Shown here: positions 17,845-26,433 of the stretch, one piece after another
How positions within the stretch are numbered: the first letter of the stretch is position 1
How the letters are laid out: each line of letters starts with the position of its first letter
DNA from: Paraburkholderia sp. BCC1886
Lineage (GTDB): Bacteria > Pseudomonadota > Gammaproteobacteria > Burkholderiales > Burkholderiaceae
Length of the DNA stretch: 32,000 nucleotides
Direction of reading: 5' to 3'
NCBI RefSeq assembly: GCF_900996245.1
Contig: NZ_CAAJGK010000107.1
Coordinates: forward strand, 196,824-228,823
Notes under the pieces: generated by a model
What the model was told of the DNA's origin: nothing
Database searches by the model: none
What the model saw: the letters and a program-made list of their open reading frames with translations, nothing else
Position numbers and translations under genes: made by a program

Positions 17845-18594
17845 ATGAACGAGGTATGGATGGAAACCTGCGCGCACAGCAATCTGGCGCTATCGCTCGA
17901 TCGGTGGCAGGAGTGTCACTGGTATCTACACCAGATGGAAGCGAATTACCATGAGCCGGAGCCATTCCGCTATTCATGCAATTCGTTCCTTCGTGCTATC
18001 AAGGAAGTCCCCCAAGCCTTGACTAACGACTTGCAGCGGCATCCCGGCGAGAAGTCAAAAATCAAGCCGTTGCTGGACGCAGTTTCCTCAAACGCCCTCA
18101 TGCAGACGCTTGGCAAGCGACGCGACTTCGTTGTTCACCACGGTGCTCTTCAGCTGAAAAGTCATGGTCGGATTGGAACGACGGAGGGTGCGACAATTAA
18201 GGTCGTCATTCCGTTCGCTGTCTACCCGACTGAGACGTCGGATGAAGCGTATGAGCGTTACAAGGCTATGTGCAAAACGAACAAGGTGCTTCGCGGCTTC
18301 GGGCCAGACTGCGACTCCGCGCCTGCGCTCTGGCGCACTTGGATGATCCCGCAATTCCCTGACCGAGACCTGCTCGACGTAGCGGTTGAAGCCTGGAGGA
18401 CGCTCGGCGAATTGCTTTCCGGTGCTATTGAGGCGTTCGGCGGCGAAAAGCTCGACCTGAGCTTGCCCTGCCGTCATGATCCGGCCCAGGTGCAGATCAA
18501 GCGCTTCAGCCAGTATGAATTCTTCTTGAGTGTCGATGGCATCGACCTGAAGGAGGAAGAGCGGAAATGGCGCGAGCAAGAGGCTAAGGGGTGA
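17845..18594 (+). CDS. Hypothetical protein (about 245 aa) with an Rx4H motif; possible HEPN-like
   Basis: A long ORF with plausible coding composition. An alternative start at ATG 17860 is preceded by GAGG. The motif 'GKRRDFVVHHG' fits Rx4-6H. I recognise no other domain. Confidence 0.55.
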   Translation: MNEVWMETCAHSNLALSLDRWQECHWYLHQMEANYHEPEPFRYSCNSFLRAIKEVPQALTNDLQRHPGEKSKIKPLLDAVSSNALMQTLGKRRDFVVHHGALQLKSHGRIGTTEGATIKVVIPFAVYPTETSDEAYERYKAMCKTNKVLRGFGPDCDSAPALWRTWMIPQFPDRDLLDVAVEAWRTLGELLSGAIEAFGGEKLDLSLPCRHDPAQVQIKRFSQYEFFLSVDGIDLKEEERKWREQEAKG

Positions 18595-18802
18595 CCGACG
18601 CGTGATAGACACGCGTTGCGGGCATCTCTACGTGCCAACGCGTGCGCGCTTTCCGTTAGAATCGCGCATTGTCACGAACCCGACACATAACTTCGGGCCG
18701 AAGTGGATTTACGTACAGATTACGTACTAGGTCTTTTTGATTTCGTGATTGGCGATGTAAGTTGTTGATTTTACACGCAAAATCAGATTATCCGGAGTTA
18801 AA

Positions 18803-18840
18803 ATGTTTGGTAGGTTCATGCCCACCGAGGGCAAGTTCTT
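18803..18840 (+). repeat. Right copy (attR-like) of the 38-bp imperfect direct repeat, forming the functional 5' end of the DUF47 gene
   Basis: The right copy is atgtttggtaggttcatgcccaccgagggcaagttctt, with the 13-bp identical core at 18815-18827. The upstream 18728-18802 is AT-rich island DNA carrying the RBS GGAG. Confidence 0.8.
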
Positions 18841-19429
18841 TGAAATTTTCAATGCGCACGCAACGTGCATCGTCTCGGCGAGCCACGAACTCGAACTGCT
18901 GATCGACAATCTGCAGGATGCCGAAACCCACAAGCAGAATGTGCAGAAGGCCGAAAAGGCCGCTGACAAGCTCACGCACGAAACCATCGATCTGCTGCAC
19001 AAGACTTTCATCACGCCGCTCGACCGCGACGAAATCCACAAGCTCATCACCACGATGGACGACATCCTCGACCTGATGGAGGACGTCGCCACGGCTATTT
19101 CTTTGTACGACGTGCAATTCGTCACGTCCGAGGCGAGTCAGCTGGCGCACATTTGCACGGCGACTTCCGAGCGCGTGCAATACGCGGTGAGCCTGCTGTC
19201 GGACATGAAGCAGGCCAGCCAGATCCTGAAGGCCTGCGAAGAAATCGACCGCCTCGAATCGGAAGCCGACCGGGTGCTGCGTTCGGCCATGTCGAAGCTC
19301 TTCCGCGAAGAAGACAACGTCAAGACGCTGATCAAGCTGAAAGCCATTTACGAACTGCTCGAAACGATCACGGACAAATGTGAGGACGTAGCGAACATCA
19401 TCGAAGGCATCGTGCTGGAAAACGCCTAA
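18803..19429 (+). CDS. DUF47 / PhoU-like phosphate transport regulator (Pit accessory protein)
   Basis: 'MFGRFMPTEGKFFEIFNAHA...' is typical of the TIGR00153/DUF47 family. Its stop overlaps the pit ATG (TAATG). Confidence 0.85.
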   Translation: MFGRFMPTEGKFFEIFNAHATCIVSASHELELLIDNLQDAETHKQNVQKAEKAADKLTHETIDLLHKTFITPLDRDEIHKLITTMDDILDLMEDVATAISLYDVQFVTSEASQLAHICTATSERVQYAVSLLSDMKQASQILKACEEIDRLESEADRVLRSAMSKLFREEDNVKTLIKLKAIYELLETITDKCEDVANIIEGIVLENA

Positions 19430-20439
19430 TGCAATCGATCCAACTCGCTATCTGGGTCGTCGTCGGTCTCGTCGCCGTGGCGCTGATCTTCGACTTCATG
19501 AACGGTTTTCACGACGCGGCGAATTCCATCGCCACGGTCGTTTCGACCGGCGTGTTGAAGCCGCAGCAAGCCGTCGCGTTCGCGGCGGCGTTCAACGTCA
19601 TCGCTTATTTCGTGTTCCATCTGAAGGTGGCCGCTACTGTCGGTAAAGGCACGATCGACCCGGTCATCGTCGACCATTACGTGATTTTCGGTGCGCTGGT
19701 CGGGGCGATCGGCTGGAACATCATCACGTGGCATTACGGCATTCCGTCCAGTTCGTCGCATGCGCTGATCGGCGGTCTGGTGGGCGCCGCGCTGGCCAAA
19801 TCGGGTTGGGGGTCGCTCAACATCGATGGCTTGCTAAAAACAGTAGCTTTCATTTTCATCTCGCCGCTGCTTGGTTTCGTGCTCGGTTCGTTCTTCATGC
19901 TGGCGGTGTCGTGGATCTATTTCCGCACGCCGCCGAGCAAGGTCGACCGGCGCTTTCGCCGGCTGCAACTGGTGTCGGCGGGGTTGTATAGCCTGGGACA
20001 CGGCGGTAACGACGCGCAGAAAACCATCGGCATCATCTGGATGCTGCTGATCGCGACCGGCTATGCGTCGTCGCTTGCCGACGCGCCGCCGCTGTGGGTG
20101 ATCGGCGGCTGCTATCTGTCGATGGGCGTGGGAACGCTGTTTGGAGGCTGGCGCATCGTCCGCACGATGGGGCAGAAAATCACCAAGCTCAAGCCGGTAG
20201 GCGGTTTCTGCGCGGAGTCGGGCGGGGCGATCACGCTGTTTACCGCTTCGTGGCTCGGCATTCCGGTGTCCACCACGCACACGATTACCGGCGCCATCGT
20301 TGGCGTCGGCGCGACGCAAAAGCTCAGTGCAGTGCGCTGGGGCGTGGCCGGCAACATCGTATGGGCGTGGATTCTGACGATTCCGGCCTCCGCGGCGCTC
20401 GCTGCGGCCGGCTGGTGGGTCGGCCACCGGTTGATGTAA
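19429..20439 (+). CDS. pit: Inorganic phosphate transporter, PiT family
   Basis: The 'FDFMNGFHDAANSIATVV' signature is present, with a second half 'GHGGNDAQKTIG'. It is a multi-pass membrane protein. Confidence 0.9.
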   Translation: MQSIQLAIWVVVGLVAVALIFDFMNGFHDAANSIATVVSTGVLKPQQAVAFAAAFNVIAYFVFHLKVAATVGKGTIDPVIVDHYVIFGALVGAIGWNIITWHYGIPSSSSHALIGGLVGAALAKSGWGSLNIDGLLKTVAFIFISPLLGFVLGSFFMLAVSWIYFRTPPSKVDRRFRRLQLVSAGLYSLGHGGNDAQKTIGIIWMLLIATGYASSLADAPPLWVIGGCYLSMGVGTLFGGWRIVRTMGQKITKLKPVGGFCAESGGAITLFTASWLGIPVSTTHTITGAIVGVGATQKLSAVRWGVAGNIVWAWILTIPASAALAAAGWWVGHRLM

Positions 20440-20444
20440 ACCGA

Positions 20445-20473
20445 AAAGCGGGCGCCCGGTCGGCGCCCGCTTT
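20445..20473. terminator. Bidirectional terminator hairpin between pit and the SDR gene
   Basis: aaagcgggcgcc / ggcgcccgcttt forms a 12-bp stem with a 5-nt loop. A-run and T-run flanks are contained within the stem ends. Confidence 0.7.
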
Positions 20474-20484
20474 GTGACGATCGC

Positions 20485-21291
20485 TCAAATCAGCGGCGCG
20501 CTGCCGCCATCCATCGGGACAATCGCGCCCGTCACGTAACTCGCGCGGCTACTGGCCAGAAACAGCGCGACATCCGCAATTTCCTCCGGCTTCGCATACC
20601 GCCCCAGCGGCACTTTCGCTTGACCGCGCGCGAGCGCATCCGCGCTGTCGATACCTTGTTGCGATGCCTCCAGCTTGACCGCTTCCTCGACGCGTTCGGT
20701 GAGCGTCGAACCCGGGTTGATCGCGTTGATGCGAATGCCGTAGCGCGCGTAGTAGTGGGCGAGGCCCACGGTGGCCAGCATCAGCGCGGCGTTCGCGGCG
20801 CCACCTGCAATATGAATGTCGCTCGCGATCTTGCCGCCCATGCCGATGATGTTGACGATCGTGCCGGGCGCGCCGCCCTGACCGGATTTCGCCCGTTCGG
20901 CCATGCGCCTCAGCACTTCCTGCTGCGGGTAGATGTAGGGGAAATACTTGGCTTCCATGGTCGCGCGGAACGCGTCGGCATCGAGCGTCTCCGGGTCGTA
21001 GCGGCGAGCCGCGCCGGCGCTGTTGATCAGCACGTCGATCGGGCCCACGGCCGTGCTGACTTCTTCGACGATTTCGGCGGCGCTATGCGATTCGTGCAGA
21101 TCGGCGCGGGTCCGGTGCACATGCAAGCCTTCCTGTTTCAACTGCTCGTAGGCGCGCGCCAGATTGGCGGGATCGCGCGACACGATCGCGACTTTGGCGC
21201 CCTCCGAAGCGAAAGCCCGCGCGCACGCGAGCCCGATGCCTTTGCTGCCGCCTGTGATCAACACCACTTTGTCTTTGAGACCGAGATCCAT
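20485..21291 (-). CDS. Short-chain dehydrogenase/reductase (SDR) family oxidoreductase
   Basis: 'KVVLITGGSKGIGLACARAF' is the TGxxxGxG motif, and 'NSAG' and a C-terminal 'YVTGAIVPMDGG' are present. The ATG at 21291 is preferred over the GTG at 21300. Confidence 0.85.
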   Translation of the reverse strand: MDLGLKDKVVLITGGSKGIGLACARAFASEGAKVAIVSRDPANLARAYEQLKQEGLHVHRTRADLHESHSAAEIVEEVSTAVGPIDVLINSAGAARRYDPETLDADAFRATMEAKYFPYIYPQQEVLRRMAERAKSGQGGAPGTIVNIIGMGGKIASDIHIAGGAANAALMLATVGLAHYYARYGIRINAINPGSTLTERVEEAVKLEASQQGIDSADALARGQAKVPLGRYAKPEEIADVALFLASSRASYVTGAIVPMDGGSAPLI

Positions 21292-21390
21292 TGTCACCAC
21301 CCGCTGTCGGAAGAATACCGGTGAAGATAGCAGATCGACGGGCTGGCCGTGACGGGCTCGCGGGTAGGTCGCAGCGATCCCCGAGCGATG

Positions 21391-22479
21391 TCAGAAGTTG
21401 CCGTTCGCGAAACGGGCGATGGGGTCGTCGGTGGTCTGCGTGGGCGCGGGCATGCCGCGGGAAGCAGTGGAGGCGCGCATGATCTGCACTCCGCTGTCGG
21501 TGGAGTCCGCCGCCTGCGCTTGCCGCGCCTGGCGAGCTTGCCGCTCGGCCAGCGAGGCGCTCGGCGGCGGCGGCTCGAAAGCGTCGGCGGCGGCATCGAT
21601 CGGATCCGGTGCGCGGGCGACGGCGGCCGGCAGGGCGGGCGCGCGCGCTGTCGTCGCCGATGGCTGGACTGGAGCGGTGGCTACGCTGTAATCAAGCGTT
21701 CGAGCCGGCACGACCGTCGGCGCAACGGCACCCGCTTCGCGGGCCTGTTGCTGAGCGGCGGTCAAGGCGGGTGGCGGAGGCTCGAAGGAATCGGCTTGAA
21801 CGCTGGTGTTGCCGACGCTGCCAGTAGCGCTTGCCGCAGCCAACGCCGGTCCCTGAGGCACGGTAGGCACCGTCGGCACTATCACCGGTTGCGGCGCCGC
21901 AGCCTGATAAACCGGCGTATCGAAAGGTGCAGGCGTGGCCGCCGGCGCGGCCATCCGCCGGATGCCGTCGAAGCGTTTGGCCCAATAAGGATTGGTCAGA
22001 TAATCGAGCCGCACGGTCCCGCCCGTCGACGGCGCATTGACGAAACGCAGCTTGCCCACGTAGATCCCAACGTGCGAATGCGCGCGTCCCGTCGTGTTGA
22101 AGAACACCAGATCGCCAGGCGCGATCTCGTTCGGTTCCACCGACTCACCACGTCCGCTCATATCCGCGGTAGTCCGCGGCAGGTTCACCGAAGCCGCGCG
22201 CAACAGGACGTAGCGAACCAGACCGCTGCAATCGAAGCCGCTATCAGGCGTATTGCCACCCCAGCGGTACGGAATGCCGACGAGACCCATCGCCTGAATC
22301 GAGATTTCCTCGCGGCCGATGCTGTGATCGACGAAATTCGGGAAACCCGGCGGTGGCGCGTGATAAGCGCCGTTCGCGACGACGATCGAGCCGCCCGCGC
22401 GCGACGACGTCTTCTGTGGCGCACCGGCGCAAGCGGCGAGCAGCAGGACGGTCAGCAGCGAAAAGGCAAGTCGGCGCAT
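21391..22479 (-). CDS. NlpC/P60 family peptidoglycan endopeptidase lipoprotein with a long Ala/Pro-rich C-terminal region
   Basis: The lipobox is 'LLLAACAG'. The catalytic region reads 'GIPYRWGGNTPDSGFDCSGLVRYV...HVGIYVG'. The C-terminal ~190 aa are low complexity. Confidence 0.85.
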   Translation of the reverse strand: MRRLAFSLLTVLLLAACAGAPQKTSSRAGGSIVVANGAYHAPPPGFPNFVDHSIGREEISIQAMGLVGIPYRWGGNTPDSGFDCSGLVRYVLLRAASVNLPRTTADMSGRGESVEPNEIAPGDLVFFNTTGRAHSHVGIYVGKLRFVNAPSTGGTVRLDYLTNPYWAKRFDGIRRMAAPAATPAPFDTPVYQAAAPQPVIVPTVPTVPQGPALAAASATGSVGNTSVQADSFEPPPPALTAAQQQAREAGAVAPTVVPARTLDYSVATAPVQPSATTARAPALPAAVARAPDPIDAAADAFEPPPPSASLAERQARQARQAQAADSTDSGVQIMRASTASRGMPAPTQTTDDPIARFANGNF

Positions 22480-22623
22480 GGACGAACAGCGAGCGTAAAC
22501 ACTCGTTTAATGGCGAACGGTGGTCGGATGGTAGCCGGTCCCATCAGGCTTCGGCAAGATTTCTTGACAATTTACTTGAAGTTCATGTGCTAAGTGTGGC
22601 AATAACCCGCTACGCCGCTAATG

Positions 22624-22660
22624 AAAAAAAGCCGCGCCGGTGTGACCCGGCGCGGCTTTT
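22624..22660 (-). terminator. Rho-independent terminator of the PIN-PhoH gene
   Basis: The stem gccgcgccgg / ccggcgcggc (10 bp, 6-nt loop) is flanked by A7 and T4 on the plus strand. This gives a U7 tail on the minus-strand transcript. Confidence 0.75.
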
Positions 22661-22684
22661 TGCGGCAAAAAAACGCTATAGAGC

Positions 22685-24586
22685 TTAAAGGATTTCGGAC
22701 GCGTAATCGGCCAGGCGCGACCGCTCGCCGCGCGCCAGCGTGACGTGTCCGCTGTGCGCCCAGCCCTTGAAGCGATCCACCACGTACGTCAAACCCGAAC
22801 TGCCTTCGGTCAGGTACGGCGTGTCGATCTGCGCAATGTTGCCCAGACAGATGATCTTCGTGCCCGGACCCGCGCGCGTGACCAGCGTCTTCATCTGCTT
22901 GGGCGTCAGGTTTTGCGCCTCGTCGATAATCAGATACTTGTCGACGAACGTACGGCCGCGCATGAAGTTCATGCTCTTCACCTTCAGCCGCGAACGGATC
23001 AGTTCCTGCGTGGCGGCGCGACCCCATTCACCGGCCGCATCGTCGGTTTTCTGCAGGACTTCGAGGTTGTCGTCGAATGCACCCATCCATGGCTGCATTT
23101 TTTCCTCTTCCGTACCCGGCAGAAAGCCGATGTCTTCGCCGACCGGCACGGTCGCACGCGTCACGATGATCTCGTTGTAGCGCTTGTCGTCCAGCACCTG
23201 CGCGAGACCGGCCGCGAGCGCGACCAGTGTCTTACCGGTACCGGCCTGGCCGAGCAGCGTGACGAAATCGATTTCCGGGTTCATCAGCAGATTCAGCGCG
23301 AAATTCTGCTCGCGATTGCGCGCCGTGATGCCCCACACGTTGTTCTTGTGGTGACCGTAGTCGCGCAAGGTTTGCAGCAGCGCCGTCTTGCCGTTCAGTT
23401 CGCGCACCAGCGCATGGAACGCCGGCTCGCCGTTCTGCGGCTCCAGATAAACGAACTCGTTGACCAGCATCGAAGCGCACAGCGGACCCGTCACCCGGTA
23501 GTACGTGGTGCCGGTTTTGGTGTCCTGCCAGCTCTCCATGCCCTTCGCGTGCTTGACCCAGAAATCCTGCGGCAGCGCGCGAATGCCGGAGTACAGCAGA
23601 TCGCTGTCTTCGAGCACCTGGTCGTTGAAGTAATCTTCGGCGGGCAGCCCGAGCGCATGCGCCTTGATGCGCATGTTGATGTCTTTCGACACCAGTACGA
23701 CCTGGCGATCGCTGCGGTCGCGCTGCAAGGCGCGCACCACGCCGAGAATCTGGTTGTCGGCCTTGCCTTCCGGCAGACCTTCCACCGGCTCGATGGCCGT
23801 CAGCTTGGTCTGGAAGTACAGACGCCCGGATGCCTCGCGGCTACCCAGACGCGCCAGCGAAATGCCGTCCGACATATTGCCGGCGTTCGCCACCAGCGCG
23901 TCCAGCGTGCGGCTCACCTGACGCGCGTTACGCGCGACTTCCGACATGCCTTTCTTGTGGTTGTCGAGTTCTTCCAACGTCATCATCGGCAGATAGACGT
24001 CGTGTTCCTCGAAACGGAACAGGCAGCTCGGGTCGTGCATCAGCACGTTCGTGTCGAGCACGAACAGCTTCTGCATTTCGACCGGGTCGGTGGCCGCGCC
24101 GCGTTTTTTGGTGGTGCCGCGCGTGCTGGGCGCGGCGGCGGGTTTGACCGCGTCGGCCTGCTTCGCGCCGGGCGCACGGGCGACCACGGGTTCTGGCTGC
24201 GCAACCGGCTGCGCAGCCGGCGTGTTCGCCTCGACTTGGGGACGCGCTGCGGGAACCGGCTGCAACAGGGCAGCGGTCTGTTTCGATTTGCGGCTGGGCG
24301 AACCTGTGCGGCGGGTGGGTTCGGCCTGATCGGCAACAGATGCGCTGGACGTAGCCGCGGCGCTCGACGGCACCGGCCGCAAGGTCGTGGCGGCATTGGC
24401 GGCGTGCGCCATCGGCGTGGCGACGTTGGCGCGGCCGTAATCTGCCGGTTCGGCGCCCGTTGCTGCGGCATCGCCTTCATTCGCCTGTTTCTTCGCGGCG
24501 GAGCGCGCCGGGGTGGCGGCTTTGGCCTTGTATTCGTCAGGCGGCAGGAGATTGCCGAGCTTGCTGGGGGGGGTAGGCAAAGGCAT
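22685..24586 (-). CDS. PhoH-like ATPase with an N-terminal PIN domain (PhoH2/YlaK-like), preceded by an Ala/Pro-rich extension
   Basis: The PIN domain reads 'LFVLDTNVLMHDPSCLF...LPMMTLEELD'. Walker A is 'LLGQAGTGKTLVALAAG', and 'IIDEAQNLTP' is present. The start is set at the ATG at 24586, after the RBS GAGGGAAACC. Confidence 0.85.
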   Translation of the reverse strand: MPLPTPPSKLGNLLPPDEYKAKAATPARSAAKKQANEGDAAATGAEPADYGRANVATPMAHAANAATTLRPVPSSAAATSSASVADQAEPTRRTGSPSRKSKQTAALLQPVPAARPQVEANTPAAQPVAQPEPVVARAPGAKQADAVKPAAAPSTRGTTKKRGAATDPVEMQKLFVLDTNVLMHDPSCLFRFEEHDVYLPMMTLEELDNHKKGMSEVARNARQVSRTLDALVANAGNMSDGISLARLGSREASGRLYFQTKLTAIEPVEGLPEGKADNQILGVVRALQRDRSDRQVVLVSKDINMRIKAHALGLPAEDYFNDQVLEDSDLLYSGIRALPQDFWVKHAKGMESWQDTKTGTTYYRVTGPLCASMLVNEFVYLEPQNGEPAFHALVRELNGKTALLQTLRDYGHHKNNVWGITARNREQNFALNLLMNPEIDFVTLLGQAGTGKTLVALAAGLAQVLDDKRYNEIIVTRATVPVGEDIGFLPGTEEEKMQPWMGAFDDNLEVLQKTDDAAGEWGRAATQELIRSRLKVKSMNFMRGRTFVDKYLIIDEAQNLTPKQMKTLVTRAGPGTKIICLGNIAQIDTPYLTEGSSGLTYVVDRFKGWAHSGHVTLARGERSRLADYASEIL

Positions 24587-24933
24587 GGTTTCCCTCGAAA
24601 AAATCGAAGCACATATCGTGCGCCGCCTGTCGCATTCTGCCGGTGCCGAAGCTCGCGCACGCAGATTGCGCCCGGAGGCGCGCATTCGGTCTAGAGATGC
24701 CGGTTCGCCTGGTCTTCGATCGGCTCCTTAACGGGAGCGCGCAACCCTGTGAACGAAAGGCCGCGCGCAATTGAAAAAGCCGCCGCCCCGGCGTACGGGG
24801 CAAGCGGCTCGCCTACTGTGTTCGCGGTGCGGCTCACGACTCCGACGAAACCGGCAAACCGGCCGTCGAGTCTGGCGCAGCGAAGAAGAGTTTGGGATGG
24901 ACAGGCACTCATTGCGGGCCAATATAACGTGCC

Positions 24934-25395
24934 TCAAAGCGCTTGTACAGCCTCCAGAATATCGTCGACGTGGCCCGGCACTTTCACGCCGCGCCATTCG
25001 TGACGCAACACGCCTTCGGCGTCGATCAGGAACGTCGAGCGCTCGATGCCGCGCACTTCCTTGCCATACATTTTCTTCAGTTTCATGACGCCGAACAGCG
25101 CGCACAGCGTTTCTTCCGGATCGGAGATGAGCGGGAAGGGCAGGTCGAGCTTGGCCTTGAAATTGTCGTGCGAGCGCAGGCTGTCGCGCGATACGCCCAG
25201 CACTTCGGCGCCGGCCTTGCTGAATTTCGGATACAGATCGCGGAATTGCAGACTTTCGGTGGTGCAGCCGGGCGTGTTGTCTTTCGGATAGAAGTACAGC
25301 ACCACCTTTTTGCCCTGCAGCGCTGACAGCGTGATCTCGCCGCCGGTAGCGGGCGCGGTGAAGTCGGGGACGGGTTGGTCGACTGCGATGGGCAC
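24934..25395 (-). CDS. bcp: Thioredoxin-dependent thiol peroxidase (peroxiredoxin Bcp)
   Basis: 'KKVVLYFYPKDNTPGCTTE' is the peroxidatic Cys motif, and the 153 aa length fits. Confidence 0.9.
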   Translation of the reverse strand: MPIAVDQPVPDFTAPATGGEITLSALQGKKVVLYFYPKDNTPGCTTESLQFRDLYPKFSKAGAEVLGVSRDSLRSHDNFKAKLDLPFPLISDPEETLCALFGVMKLKKMYGKEVRGIERSTFLIDAEGVLRHEWRGVKVPGHVDDILEAVQAL

Positions 25396-25529
25396 GAGTT
25401 TCTCCGGTTGTTATGGCTGGCGCCGCGCAACTAAGGCGGCGGCCTGGCGTCGAGGCTTGGGGAGGTCGACCGTTGCGCGGCGGATTCTCGCGCGACGGCC
25501 GGTCGTCAGAGCGGCGGTGCTTCGTCCAG

Positions 25530-26423
25530 TCAACGCTGGATGATCAACTCGCCGGAACGTCCTGGAATTTCACCCCATGTAACAGGGTACGATGGCAGCG
25601 TGTCGCGGTCTAGCGTCGCGTAGTAATCGCCCATGGTGGCAAACGTGTGGCCTTGCGCGCGCCAGCCTTGCAGCAACTGTTCGAAGATCGGCGCGAGCTT
25701 CTGGCCTTCGAGTTCCGCGTGCAGCGTGAACACCTGATCGTGCGGATTGTTCTCGGTGCGTGCGAGCATCCACGCGGCCACACTGTGTTCGTCGATACCG
25801 TCCACGCCGAGCACTTCGTCGAGCGTGGGCAGCGTGGTCGGCATCTGCACGTGAGCGAGCGTCCGGCCGTTCAGCACCGGTAGATAAGGGGAGTGGCCAC
25901 GGCCGTCGGACGCGTACTTCATACCCCATGCGTCGATCTGTTCGAACGCGTGGCCGTTCATCTGCCAGCCCGCCGCGCCGTGCGTCGAGGGCGGTGCGCC
26001 GAAGATCCCCGTGAACCGCTCGTAGCTGCGCTGCATCTGCTTGCGGGTCCACGCTTCGTCCTGCTTCCTGACGTTGTCCTGCCAGTACACATGATCCCAG
26101 GTGTGAATACCGCACTCGAAACCCGCTTCGTGAATCGCGCGCATCTCGGCCGCGCTCTTCACGCCGATATCCGGCCCCGGCAGCAAGACGCCGTACATCA
26201 ACTGCCGGATGCCGTAGTGCTCGACCACCGAGGTGCGCGACACCTTCTTCAGAAACCCCGGCCGCAATACGCGGCGCATGGCCCAGCCGGTGTGGTCGGG
26301 TCCGAGGCTGAACAGGAAAGTCGCGCGCGCCTGGAAGCGATCGAAGATGCGCGCAAGGTTCGGCACGCCTTCGCGCGTGCCGCGCAGCGTGTCGACGTCG
26401 ATCTTCAGGACGATACGGGCCAA
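25530..26423 (-). CDS. arnD: 4-deoxy-4-formamido-L-arabinose-phosphoundecaprenol deformylase (polysaccharide deacetylase family)
   Basis: 'IVLKIDVDTLRGTREGVPNL...ATFLFSLGPDHTG' is the ArnD/NodB-like pattern. It is the last gene of the arn operon. The start is uncertain; the TTG at 26423 with an AAGG RBS gives 297 aa. The long track ORF overlaps arnA out of frame. Confidence 0.75.
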   Translation of the reverse strand: MARIVLKIDVDTLRGTREGVPNLARIFDRFQARATFLFSLGPDHTGWAMRRVLRPGFLKKVSRTSVVEHYGIRQLMYGVLLPGPDIGVKSAAEMRAIHEAGFECGIHTWDHVYWQDNVRKQDEAWTRKQMQRSYERFTGIFGAPPSTHGAAGWQMNGHAFEQIDAWGMKYASDGRGHSPYLPVLNGRTLAHVQMPTTLPTLDEVLGVDGIDEHSVAAWMLARTENNPHDQVFTLHAELEGQKLAPIFEQLLQGWRAQGHTFATMGDYYATLDRDTLPSYPVTWGEIPGRSGELIIQR

Positions 26424-26433
26424 GTGACGTGCC

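Larger units (their letters stand above)
10006..18827. mobile_element. Degenerate integrative genomic island (~8.8 kb) inserted in the 5' end of the DUF47-pit operon
   Basis: It is flanked by the direct repeat, with an integrase remnant at its left end. GC content drops markedly and unevenly relative to the flanks (e.g. 11880-12870 and 16350-17500 are AT-rich). The cargo is unrelated to the flanking housekeeping genes. Confidence 0.7.

Noticed and set aside
24566-24573. G8 run at codons 5-7 of the PIN-PhoH gene as a phase-variation switch
   Set aside because: In a ~65% GC core gene, a CCC-CCC proline pair producing a C8 run is expected by composition. There is no other hint of phase variation. 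The kinase tract differs because it sits in AT-rich DNA.
22745-24694. 649-aa plus-strand ORF
   Set aside because: It is antisense to the PIN-PhoH gene, and its Arg/Gly/Ala-rich composition marks it as a high-GC artefact.
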